Assembly: GCF_009914755.1 (NCBI RefSeq) | Contig: NC_060931.1 | Source of the DNA: the human T2T-CHM13v2.0 reference genome, Homo sapiens | Reading direction: 5' to 3' (one strand) | DNA length: 64,000 nucleotides | Shown: positions 13,912-26,105 of the stretch, piece after piece | How positions within the stretch are numbered: the stretch's first letter is position 1 | How the letters are laid out: every line of letters begins with the position of its first letter | The notes under the pieces: model-generated | Told to the model about the DNA's origin: nothing | The model's input: only the letters and a program-made list of their open reading frames with translations | Databases searched by the model: none | Translations under genes and position numbers: made by a program

Positions 13912-14516
13912 TTCCTCCTTCCTCTGGGGGAGTGCGTGTTTAATGCTACTGCGTTTTGCATTTCCAGGCTGGTTTGAGAAGAGCGCGGCTGCCTGGTTCC
14001 CTGAACACCAGACGGGTTGCTAATTACATTTGCCCAGATGGCAAAGGGGGTCCCTCAGCCTACGGACTTAATTTCGGAAATTTACTTTCAGAGAGAAGCG
14101 AGAGAGAGGATTGCTTTCCAAATTAAAGAGAATTATGTTACAGGCATTTGATTGTGTGAGGAGACAGAATCACAGAACAGGAAGGAAATCCTCAGAAGTT
14201 ATTTAATCCAATCTGGACTCCAGAAGACATTCAAGACAGATGGGCAATCTCCTAATCTCCATGTTTTGTCTTCCTGTCTCTTTTTGAAGATAGTGAAAGG
14301 ATTCTTTTAAAAAACATTATTTATCAGAAATATATTTATTTTAAGATATTTGGAAAATGTTGAAAAATATAATGTAGACAATAAAAGTCATCTATAACCC
14401 CATCACCCAGAGATAGTTACTATTTAAGGGTTTAACTCCTCTTCATATTTTTTGACAGAGAAAAATGAAATATACAGTTTTGCATTGTATATATGATACA
14501 TGTTTTCAGATGGGAG

Positions 14517-15226
14517 CAGAGACTGGCAAAATATGGCTTGTGGACCAAATCCAGTCCACATTCTGTGGGCCTGTATTGCCTGTAAGCTAAGAATGGTTTC
14601 ACATTTTTAAATGGTTGAAAAAAAAGAATAACATTTCCTGACATGTGAAAATTACATAAAATTCAAATTTCAGTTCCTGTCAATAAAGTTTTATTGGAAC
14701 ACATGTATATTCATTTATATATATTTCTGTGGCTGTTTTTGCAGCACAGTGGTAGAATTAAGTAGTTGTGGCAGAGACTATATGTATTAGTCCATTCTCA
14801 CACTGCTATAAGGACATACCTGAGACTGAGTAATTTATAAAGGAAAGAAGTTTAATTGACTCACAGTTCCACAGGGCTGGGAGGCTTCAGGAAACTTACA
14901 ATCATGGTGGAAGGGGGGGCAAACATGTTCTTCTTCACAAGGTGGCAGGAGACAGAAGAATGAAGCAAAGTGGGTAAAGAGCAAAGCCCCTCACAAAACC
15001 GTCAGATCTTGTGAGAACTCACTATCAGGAGAACAGCATGGGGGAACCACCCCCATGATTCAGTCACCTCCCATGAAGTCCCTCCCCCAACATGTGGGGA
15101 TTACAATTTGGATTACAATTGAAGAAGAGATTTGGGTGGGGACACAGCCAGACCATATCACTATAGCACTATAAAGCCTAAAATATTTACTGTCTGGCCC
15201 TTTACAGAAAGTTTGGCAACGCTTGG
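14517..15226. mobile_element. MER58-type hAT MITE split by a THE1 LTR
   Basis: GCAAAATATGGC...AAGCTAAGAATGGTTT before the LTR and AAGCCTAAAATATTTACTGTCTGGCCCTTTACAGAAAGTTTG after it. Confidence 0.8.
14783..15160 (-). mobile_element. THE1 (C/D-like) MaLR solo LTR
   Basis: TGTATTAGTCC...CCATATCA; 5-bp TSD CTATA (14778-14782 / 15161-15165). Confidence 0.9.
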
Positions 15227-15282
15227 TACAGAATAAGCATTTTCTAATACCCTTAAATGCTTTTCAAAAATAGACAGCAATG

Positions 15283-15585
<303 letters not shown>

Positions 15586-16624
15586 TCATATAATTTTGTG
15601 GATGAATTCAACTTTTATTCCCTTAATTCTCCTGCTTTTAAACATTTCTTTTACAATGGTCCTTTAAATAATATTCATTATAAAAAGTTAAAATATACAT
15701 AGAGAGTACAATATGGCCATATGTCCATCATCCAGATTCAATAATTACCAAGATTTGGCCACATTTAGTTAATATTTCCCTTTGTTGAAATATTTGAAAG
15801 TAAATTAATAGAGATTGTACAATTCCATCCCACTTGAGCAGTCATTTTTTAAAAAAAATTATAAAACAATTTGCCAGAGAATCAGGTTCAAAAATATTAT
15901 AAAACTAGTCCATGTTCATGATGAGTATTGAAGCACATAAAAACAACACAGAATGTGTAAATACTTGAAGTAAAAAGTAGAAATCCCTTTTTCACCTCTC
16001 TTCACCCCTCCTCCCCTGCCAGTTTAGTGGGTATCCTTTCAGTTATTCTCTTATGTATATAGGAATAAATTTTTTATAACTTAGATTAACTGTTTAAAAC
16101 ATAATTTTGGAATAAAGGAACAAGAGAAGAAACTAGAATGTGAGCGCATATGACAGCACTCCAGATTGGTGCCTTAATTGATGGAGAGTGAGGACTGGGC
16201 CCCTTCTAAGTTACTAGTTAGGGTAGGATACGTTTTCTTCTTCAAATAGCACTGATCACCAAGAAACTCACATCAGAAACCAGGAATGGGAAGATGATAT
16301 TGGTGTGGACGCTCCTTTTACTGCCCCTTGCCACCTCCCCACTTAATTTCTCAGGTAACAGGTGGATACATATAGTAAATTCGAGAGACCCTGCTTTAGG
16401 CTCCTCCAAATGAGAGTCACTGTATATAATCACCTTATTACTTTTTGCACTTCTTATCTTAAAAGCAAAACTCAAATTTAGAGAAAGTCTGCAGGAATAA
16501 TGTAATAAATTGCTGTATATCCACAACCCAGATTCACTAGTTACTACTGCTATATTTATTTTCTCTCTATATAAATACTGATATTTATTAATATTGTTGT
16601 TATTGCTGAAGAATATGAGAATAA

Positions 16625-16986
<362 letters not shown>

Positions 16987-17269
16987 TAGGAATCTTCATT
17001 TTAATGTGTACTGAAGTCTGGGGCAAGGACCCTCAGGGTCTGCTGGATGCAACATTTCCATGTACAGTTCATTTGAGTGGTTTGTGGAGTTATCGGATCA
17101 TTTTTATACTATAAATTGACAAATTACACAGTCTCTTCAGTTGTTTCATTTTTATAAAAGAAAACTATTTCTTATAGAAAATAAATTTTGCAGGGATTCT
17201 GTAGTGTTAGAATTGGAGTAAATTTTTCTCATTCTGGTTTTTCTTTTTCTGAAACATATACATAGTTTT

Positions 17270-18470
17270 AAAAAATAACCGCTTTATTAAAATATTACTC
17301 CTCTAACATAAAATTCATTCTTTTAAAGTACATAATTCAGTGGGTTTTAAAAAATATGTTCACACGTTGAATTGTCATCACTACTTAATTACAGAAAATT
17401 TTCATCACCTCAAAAAGGTACCTGTCAGCAGTGATTTTTCCTTCTCACATCTCTGTAGTCTCTGGCAGTCACTCATTCTGTTTTGCGTCTCCATAGATTT
17501 GCCTATTCTGGACATCTTATGGAAATGGAATCATGTAATATGTAGCTCTTTGTGTCTGATTTCTTACGTTTAACACAATGTCTACAAGTTTCATCCACGT
17601 TGTAGCGTGTATCAAAACTTCAATTAATATTCTTCTATATGGGTATGTTACATTTTGTTTATCCATTCATCAGTTGGTAGACATGCACATTGTTTTCACG
17701 TCTTAGCCATCATAAATAATGCTGCTGTGGACATTTGCATACAAGTTTTTTTGTGTGGAAATATGTTTTCGATTCTCTTGGGAATATACCTAGGACTGGA
17801 ATGGGTCATTTGGAAACTACGTTTAATCTTTTGAGGAACTTTTCTGAGAAACTGCCAGCCTGTTTTCCCAAGCAGTGTACTATTTCACAATCTCACTAGC
17901 AATGCATGAGCATTCCAGTTTTTCATATCTTTACTGAGATTTGTTATTGTCCACCTTTTTGATTATAGCCATCCTAATGTATATGAAATTTCACCATAGT
18001 TTTGATTTGCATTTCCCTAATGACTAATGATGTTGAGCATCTTTTCATGTGCTTATTGGCCAAATTGTGTATCTTCTTTGGAGGAATGTCTATTCAAATT
18101 CTTTGCCCGTTTTTTAGTTGAGTTATTTGTCCTTTCATTGTTGAGTTTTAAGAATTCTTAATATATTCTGGAGACAAGTACCTTATCAAACATATGATTC
18201 ATAATATTTTCTCTCATTCTGTGAGTTGTCTTTTTATTTTCTTGATGATGTTTTTTGAAGCACAAATGTTTTAATTTTAATAAAGACTAATTAATTTTTT
18301 TCTTTTGTTGTTTGTGCTTTTGGGATCACATCTAAGAAACTATTGCTAATCCAGGGTTATAAAGATTTATGCCTATGTTTTTTTCTAGGAAAGTTGTATA
18401 GTTTTAATTCTTATATGTAGATCTATGATCCATGTTGTGTTAATCTTTGCATACGGTATGAGGTAGGGAC
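17270..18470 (-). mobile_element. L1M 3' portion
   Basis: TTTGATTTGCATTTCCCTAATGACTAATGATGTTGAGCATCTTTTCATGTGC and other antisense L1 ORF2/3'UTR motifs. Confidence 0.85.
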
Positions 18471-19009
18471 ATATGATATTTTAAGAATAAAGATATTTAA
18501 GAAAAAATATTTCAGAATAAAATGTTTTTAAGAATAAAAAGTTTTAAAAATAAGTTTATGATCATAATGAACTTTCAAAGTCCTAACATTTGTTGTTTCA
18601 AAATTTGTATGCCTGTAGCCTAGAAATTTAAACTGGTCATCATTAGACTGAATTAGAAAAAGATATACAAAAACAAAGTAAGCTTTTTCCTTTTTAAAAA
18701 GATCAAATAATGTAATTGTCAGATGGCTGCTACCTGTGTATTGTTCCATTAACTATGTATATGCATGTGGTTTTTTGGTCCTCCCAACAGCCAATCTCAT
18801 TTATTCACAAGAAAGCTAAAACAGTCATAAAGATCTAGGTGATAAATTTTAAGCCAACAGGCAATTCAAAAATAACAGGATTGTGAAATATCCAACTAAA
18901 ATCATATTTGAAAATGGTCCAGGAATCCCCAAATAACTTTTATGCATGTTATATGAAGATAAATGGATTTTAACGTTTCTGGTTTTCATTTTCAGAGGTC
19001 ATAGACATT

Positions 19010-21104
19010 AAAAAAATTTTTGATAATGAAAGGATATTTATTTCCATGTTGTGCTCAGGCCTGAGCTAAAGTACATTAAGACATTGAATGATGTCACCCA
19101 GGGATATGTAACCAGACAACACACAAGACTGAGATGAACAAGTGGTGGTGGTTGTAGAGGGGGTTGCATCGGTAATTCACGCAGAAGGAACCAGGCAGAC
19201 AGTAAAACAAAAATTTGCAGAACACACCAAGTGATCAATTCTCACATCTTCAGGATAGGCAAACTTGATTGCTGGGTTAAGAACCTTAGAGGTCAGTTAA
19301 GGTGGGCAGTGGTGGGGTTTTCTCAGCTTAGATTGTCCTCTGATATGTATATTTCAGCCTATACATCTAATTGCCAGCACTGTACATTTAATTTCATGAG
19401 AAACCAAGTCCTCAATTAAGGGAAGGGAATCGCTTTGACCAGATCTTATGGCTCAGATTCATCAGGCTGGCAAGACCTCAAAGTTTCCATAATCAAAGCT
19501 AGGGAGAGGCTCTATATGCTAGAAGCAGTAACTAGTCACTGCATGTGGTCTGGGCCTTAACCCTCTACAGGGAGACTGACTACAGCACCAGGTACCTGGC
19601 TTTTCAGTCTCTACATAGGAATTCCACCATAATTAAAAGATATATAAACTTGACCTACGTCCTCCAACTCAAATTACTCAAAGGGCCCAAGACCCTTCCC
19701 CATAGAGCCTAAAGCCCAATAGCCTTCCCTCAAGGAATACCAGCAGTGTTCAAGTTAGGTTTGTTACAGAAAATGAGCCATAACAGATTTCTCAGTTTGT
19801 GACACTAGTCACCTTGAAGAACACCTCTAAATGCAAGAACTCATTGAGCACTGGTCCAACCTCTAATTTCTGGCTCCTTGCTTTTCCTGCCCCTGCCTAC
19901 CTTTAAGAGACAGAGTCTCACTCTGCCACCCAGGCTGGAGTGCAGTGGCATGATCATAGCTCACTGCAGCCTTAACTCCTGGGCTCAAGCAATCCTCCCA
20001 GGTCAGCCTCCTGATTAGCTAGGCCTATAGCATGCACCACCAGGCCGGGCTAATTATTTTTTGTAGAGACAGGGTTTCACTATGTTGCCCAGGCTGATGT
20101 TGACTCCTGACCTCAAGTGATCTTCTGCCTCAGGTTCCCAAAGCTTTGGGATTACAGGCAGTGAGCCACCATGGACAGCCCCTGCCTACATTTTCAATAT
20201 TCCACTCAACAAATAACATTGAGACTTCCTGGGTCTGGAAAGTGAAAAAAAAAACTGAGTACTGTGTAGAATTAAGCAAGCATGTAAGTAACGTTTCAGA
20301 AGTAACCTGTTTCTGCTTCAAGTAAGGCCTACATCAAAGCCCTAACTCAAACAAGGACAGACAATTGTTATTTAGTTTTTATTTCATAATCATAAACTTA
20401 ACTCTGCAATCCAGCTAGGCATGGAAGGGAACGAAGAAAACATGGAACCCAAAGGGAATTGCAGTGGAAGCACAAAGATTCTAGGATACTGCAAGCAAAA
20501 GGGGTGCTCTCCTGAGCTACAGAAGGAATGGTCCAGTGGTTAAGACAAAACACAAGTCAAACTTACCAGAGCTGTCCACAGTCAGCAATGGTGGTCTTCT
20601 TGCTGGTCTTGCCATTCCTGGACCCAAATTGCTCTATGGCCTCCAAAATATTCATGCCTTCTTTCACCTTGCCAAAGACTACATGCTTGCCATCCAACCA
20701 CCCCGTCTTGGCAGTGCAGATGAAAAACGGAACAGTTTGTGTTGGGTCCAGAATTTGCCATGGACAAGATGCCAGGACCTGTACGCTTTAGGATAAATTT
20801 CTCATCTTCAAATTTCTCCCCGTAGATGGACTTGCCACCAGTGCCATTATGGTGCGTGAAGTCACCACCCTGACACATAAATGCTGGTATAATTCTGTGA
20901 AAGCAGGGACCCTTATAACCAAATCCTTTCTCTTCAGTGCTCAGAGCACGAACGTTTTCTGCTGTCTTTGGAAACTTTTCTGCAAACAGCTCAAAGGAGA
21001 CGTGGTCCAAGGGCTCACTGTCGACAGCAACGTCGAAGAACATGGTGTGGTTGACCATGGCTGATAGTACTGGGACTCCTGGCGGCAGTAGCCTCTGCAA
21101 AGCC
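19010..21104 (-). pseudogene. PPIA: PPIA (cyclophilin A) processed pseudogene including 5'UTR and long 3'UTR; specific PPIAP number not determined
   Basis: Intronless. CDS remnant 21058 (ATG) to 20563 (TAA) is 496 bp vs 498 in the parent; it reads [17 protein letters not shown]...[17 protein letters not shown] 2-bp deletion at about 20728 shifts the frame. Proximal AATAAA 20378-20383, distal AATAAA 19037-19042. TSD GGTCATAGA(C/A)ATT at 18997-19009 / 21105-21117. Confidence 0.95.
19905..20177 (-). mobile_element. Old Alu (J-like) carried inside the PPIA 3'UTR copy
   Basis: Alu dimer without a clear tail, flanked by direct repeat GCCCCTGCCTAC (19889-19900 / 20178-20189). Confidence 0.9.
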
Positions 21105-22393
21105 GGTCATAGAAATTTGAGAGTTTCTGCTAGATGTATGTTTTAGCTACTTATTTTTATATTAAGTGGTAAATTCTTGACTGTAGGTACCTTGTCTTAA
21201 TCCCCTTTGTTTTTATTTTTTTCTGTCCCCAGGGCAGCCGTGTTTGCTTTTATGGATTGTGTAGCACACAGCTCTAAAGAGTGCCTAGGGTTGAACAGTG
21301 CACGTCTGTCTCACTGTACAGGGAAGCCCGGACCGTCACAATAAACTGCAGGCAGCAAGTCTTTTTATTTATTTGCTGAGTTAAAATGATTCCAGTAAGT
21401 TCCCTCTAAAACCACCGCCAGATTTTTGGTGGGAAGAATGCATTGGAGACAGGCATTAAACACTAGTCCAGGTTAATATTTGCATTGAATGCCTCTCTTA
21501 TATCTTTTAGCATACATTAAAATGGATCCTAGCCTTGTTCTAGTAAAACCCACGACTGAGTGAACCAAGGATGAGACTGCCGGCTTGTAGTGCACACTCT
21601 GCAGGGTGCCAGGAGGCTGGCTTCATCCATGTTGCCATGTTTCCTAAGGAATATCTTACATCTAGAGGCTACGGTGTCTCACATTTTTGTCCCTAGCTAT
21701 CTACCTTGTGTGTACCTTGCATTCCTTCCTTTCAGCATGCAGAATTGAACTTGGCTCTGAAGTAAAACAATACAGGTTTTTGAGTGATCCAGCAGCTGTT
21801 CTACTTTGGTGAGAGTTTTCTTCTCCACCCAAGTCTTGTTTTCCATTTCTCTCTCCATCACTTTCTCTTGTACCCCCACCTCTTCCAGCTTACTCTACCC
21901 AATTACCACGCCAGAAACAATTCCTATCTCTTTTCCCAAAGAGACACTTCCTTTATTCAACTGCTTAAATAAATAAAACAAAGTTTCCCTTTCCCCTGAA
22001 CCACCTGCTCAAAATACAAGCGGGAGACCAATTATAACCCAGGAGACAAATCCCCTTTGAACAGCTGATCCAGGGAATGGATTTGGAGGCTTATCTTCGG
22101 TCTGAATCACAGGGTCATGCCAGGGTCATCCCTAGAGCAAATTGTCCCCTTGGCTTCCACTGAGCTTACCCTGAAATGTGCACACTGGGTCTCTTTTCCC
22201 ATGGATTATGAAGCTATTTGGTGAAGGCTGCCCATTTGATGTACTAATCAGTATCTTGACATAACACATGGGAAGAGTTTTAAAGTTTGCTTTTGCACTG
22301 CAAGGCTTCTAGGGTATTTTCTAATTATGTCCTTGTAATCACAGACAAAAGCCTGTGACTGTAAATCTGAAAAAATGACTTCCAAAGCATAGG

Positions 22394-22556
22394 GCAGTGC
22401 TTCTCAGACTTTCATGTGTATACACATCATCCAGGGATGTCATGTAAATGCAGGTTTTAATTCCCTAGGTCTAAGGCAGGGCCTGAGATTCTGCATTCTA
22501 ACAAGGTTTCAGGTGAGGCTGACGCTGTGGTCCGCTGGACTGCACTTTGAGGAGAC
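22394..22556. mobile_element. MER5A-like hAT MITE
   Basis: CAGTGCTTCTCA...GGCCTGAGATTCTGCATTCTAACAAG...CACTTTGAG. Confidence 0.75.
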
Positions 22557-22644
22557 CCTACTTGATGGACAGTCAGCCAGGAAACTTTCAGTTTGAGGCA
22601 TAATTACTGAAACTTCATATTCCTTAACGACTGCCCAAGGGCCT

Positions 22645-23154
22645 TGAATGGTAGACACACCTGTGTTTGGTAGACGCACCTGACAGTGATAACCTGACTT
22701 CAGCATACCCTGAGAATGACCCTGCATGGCAGATGCACACAAACGTGTATTTGGAGTTCCGAGCTAAGGAATCCAGAAGTTGCCAACCTGGAGATTCATT
22801 CCTTATCTATGAGGAATATCTGAGCCCCTCGCCCATCCCAAGGAACACAGGCTGTACAGGAGATCAAAGCCCTGTGTTTTAGGTTAAATGAAGGTTACCA
22901 GTTGGAGGTTGTTAGGAGGACGGTGCTAAGTGAAAACGCTGTTTCGACTGCATGCTTCTTACAAGCGGCTCTCCTGCCCTGTCTGCTGCCACTGGGCAGA
23001 GCAGTTCTGTGTAGCCCACTGTCACTGGACCATCCCTGTATGTAAGTAAGTTTCTCTCAACAAACCCCATGTCTGCTTTGCTGGCTCTGGGTCTCTTGTT
23101 CGGGCTCTTGAAGCTGGTGCATTCCCTATTGGAGTTGAGAGGGGTCTGGCATGA
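22645..23154 (+). mobile_element. ERVL solo LTR (LTR47-like)
   Basis: GGTAGACGCACCTGACAG...CATACCCTGAGAATGACCCT...GCTGGCTCTGGGTCTCTT; family name from memory. Confidence 0.6.
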
Positions 23155-23360
23155 CTGATCTCCTCTCTACAACTGCCCAAACTTCGCTGAGCATTCTTTA
23201 TTTTTGCCCCCTTCCCCTAGTTCAAATGTTTTATTGTTGTAGTCATCATCTGAATGATATTTATTTGTTTACTTGTCTGCCTCCTAGACTCTGAGCATGT
23301 AGGGATAAGACAGCCAACTCTCATTCATCTTTGGATCAAGGGCACCTAGAACAGCATCTG

Positions 23361-23362
<2 letters not shown>

Positions 23363-23409
<47 letters not shown>

Positions 23410-23429
23410 CACAGATACACACACACACA
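23363..23429. repeat. (CA)n microsatellite within an L2 3' end
   Basis: Directly visible; flanked by GCACCTAGAACAG and GTAGGCACTCAACAAATA. Confidence 0.95.
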
Positions 23430-23585
23430 GAGTAGGCACTCAACAAATACTGGATAAAAGAAAAACTGATAGATTAAATTGACAAAATTAAAACCTTTTA
23501 TCCATACCAAACAACATAAACAGGATACAAAGGCAAATGATAAACTGAGAAAGATATTTGCAGTGTATTAAGATCTCTTATGAGT

Positions 23586-24015
23586 TGTTATGGTTTGAGT
23601 TGGGTCTGTCAAAAGATACGTTACAGTCCTAACCCCCAGTACCTCAGAATGGGACCTTATTTGGAAATAGAGTCATTGCAGAAATAATTAGTTAAGCTGC
23701 GGAGTAGGGAGGGCTCTTAATCCAATATGACTGGTGTCATAAGAGGAGGAGACATGGACATACAGGGAGAACCTCATGTGTGGATGGAAGCAGAGATTCG
23801 ACTGATAACAGCCACAGGCTGTGGAACACCTGGGGCTGCCAGAAGCTGGAAGAGGCAAGGAAGGAACCTCCCTAGAGACCTCAGCAGGAGTATGGCACTG
23901 CCAATGCTTTGATTTTGCACTTGCTGTCTCTAGAACAGTGAGAGAATATATTTCTGCTGTTTTAAGCCACCTAGTTTGTGGTATTTTGTTACAGCAGCCC
24001 TAGGAAACTGATACA
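23586..24015 (+). mobile_element. MLT1 (B/C-like) MaLR LTR within an old L1M
   Basis: TGTTATGG...GACCTTATTTGGAAATAG...CAGCAGCCCTAGGAAACTGATACA. Confidence 0.85.
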
Positions 24016-24361
24016 TAAGCAACAAGAAAAAGAATGATCTAGTAGCAAAGGGGGCAAAAAACCCAATCATAGGTAGTGCACAAAAAAATGCAAATTGCTC
24101 ATAAATAAACAATGTTCAAGGGCTAGTAATCAAAGCAATGCAAAATGAGCACAACATTGAAATGCTATTTTTATCTTATTATATTTATTATTTTAATTAG
24201 GAAAAAATACAGTGTTGTGAGTTTAGGACAACCAGGCCCTCTTCTGGGCTTGAACCACCAGTAGCTGTTGATATGATCTCCAAATATATCTTAAGTAATT
24301 CCACTTCTCTCCACGTCTTCTGCCATTGCTTCCTTCTAAGACATCATTGTCATTGCCGTTT

Positions 24362-25514
24362 ACTTTTTTTTTTATTATTATACTTTAAGTTCTGGGATAC
24401 ATGTACAGAACGTGCAGGCTTGTTACATGGGTATATATGTGCCATGGTGGTTTGCTGCACCCATCAACGCATCATCTACATTAGGTATTTCTCCTAATGC
24501 TATCCCTCCCCTATCCCCCCACCCCCTGACAAGCCCCAGTGTGTGATGTTCCCCTCCCTGTGTTCATGTGTTCTCATTGTTCAACTCCTGCTTATGAGTG
24601 AGAACACACGGTGTTTGGTTTTCTGTTCTTGTGTTAGTTTGCTGAGAATGATGGTTTCCAGCTTCATACATGTCCCTGCAAAGGACATGAACTCATCCTT
24701 TTTTTGGCTGCATAGTATTCCATGGTGTATATGTGCCACATTTTCTTAATCCAGTCTATCATTGATGGGCATTTGTGTTGGTTCCAAGTCTTTGCTATTG
24801 TGAACAGTGCTGCAATAAACATACGTGTGCATGTATCTTTATAGTAGAATGATTTATAACCCTTTGGGTATATACCCAGTAATGGAATTGCTGGGTCAAA
24901 TGGTATTTCTGGTTCTAGATCCTTGAGGAATTGCCACACTGTCTTCCACAATGGTTGAACTAATTTACACTCCCACCAACAGTGTAAAAGGATTCCTATT
25001 TCTCCACATCCTTTCCAGCATCTGTTGTTTCCCAACTTTTTAATGCTCACCATTCTAACTGATGTGAGATGGTATTTCATCGTGGTTTTGATTTGCATTT
25101 CTCTAATGACCAGTGATGATGAGCTTTTTTTACATGTTTGTTGGCCGCATAAATGTCTTCTTTTGAGAAGTGTCTGTTCATATCCTTTGCCCACTTTTTG
25201 GTGGGGTTGTTTTTTTCTTGTAAATTTGTTTAAATTCTTTGTAGATTCTGGATATTAACTCTTTGTCAGATGGATTAAAGATGTAAACATAAGACCATAA
25301 AACCATAAAACCATAAAAACCCTAGAAGAAAACCTAGATAGTACCATTCAGGACATAGGCCTGGGCAAAGACTTCATGACTAAAACACCAAAAGCAATAG
25401 CAACAAAAGCCAGAATTGACAAATGGGATCTAATTAAACTAAAGAGCTTCTGCACAGCAAAGGAAACTATCATCAGAGTGAACAGGCAACCTACTGAATG
25501 GGACAAAATTTTTG
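24362..25514 (-). mobile_element. 5'-truncated, 5'-inverted L1PA (PA7/8-like) inside an L2
   Basis: Minus-strand 3'UTR plus ORF2 end 24362-25275, then plus-strand upstream ORF2 segment 25268-25514; degenerate TSD ending ACTTTTT. Confidence 0.92.
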
Positions 25515-25599
25515 TTGTTGACTTTTTAGACTGCTGAATTAATCTAAATAGTGTTGTTACTTACCTTGCTTAGAGCTGCCAGAAGGAATCATTAAAAAA

Positions 25600-26105
25600 C
25601 ATTATTAGTCAGACCACATGATTCCTCTGCTTAAAACCCTTCAGTGATAGCTTTCATTGCAGTTAGTGTGGCCCCTGCCAAGCTCCCATCTTCTCTGTCA
25701 CTGAACTTCAGACCCGTGGCTTCTTTCAGTTCCTTTGTGGAGCTCTTCTTGTGGGGCCAGCAGACATTGCTAGTCCCTCTCTCAGAATGCTTGTCCTGCC
25801 ACTCTTCACCTCCTGGTCTTAGCTTCAGTGTCCCAGTGGAACTTCCTTGGCATTCCTCCTCGAGCTCTGCCTAAGTGAAGTCACTGTATTATATTTTCTC
25901 ATGGTATTCTGTTGGTTTTGCTCATGATTTATTACTGTCATGAATATTGGGTATTTGCTTATTGTCTCTCTCTCTCTACCTGTATTGTAAACTCTATAAA
26001 GGCAAGGACTGTATTTATGTTGTCCCCCAACTGTAACTCAGACTTAGGTATAGAAGCAAACAGATAATAGGCAATCAATGTATATTTGCTTACTGAATAA
26101 ATGGA
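25600..26105 (+). mobile_element. L2 3' remnant
   Basis: CCTCTGCTTAAAACCCTTCAGTG...TGTAAACTCTATAAAGGCAAGGACTGT...TGAATAAATG. Confidence 0.7.

Noticed and set aside
18478-18540. Degenerate short direct repeats (GATATTTAAGAATAAA), plus small tandem duplications near 112, 22648, 36451 and 56101
   Set aside because: Ordinary slippage products; no spacer structure, so not CRISPR-like.
20582-21100. 172-aa ORF as a functional cyclophilin gene
   Set aside because: Starts at a non-ATG codon in the copied 5'UTR, is frameshifted after the PNTN motif, and is intronless and TSD-flanked: a processed pseudogene.
24664-25194. 176-aa ORF
   Set aside because: L1 ORF2 C-terminal remnant (REMQIKTT...[13 protein letters not shown]) in a truncated element.
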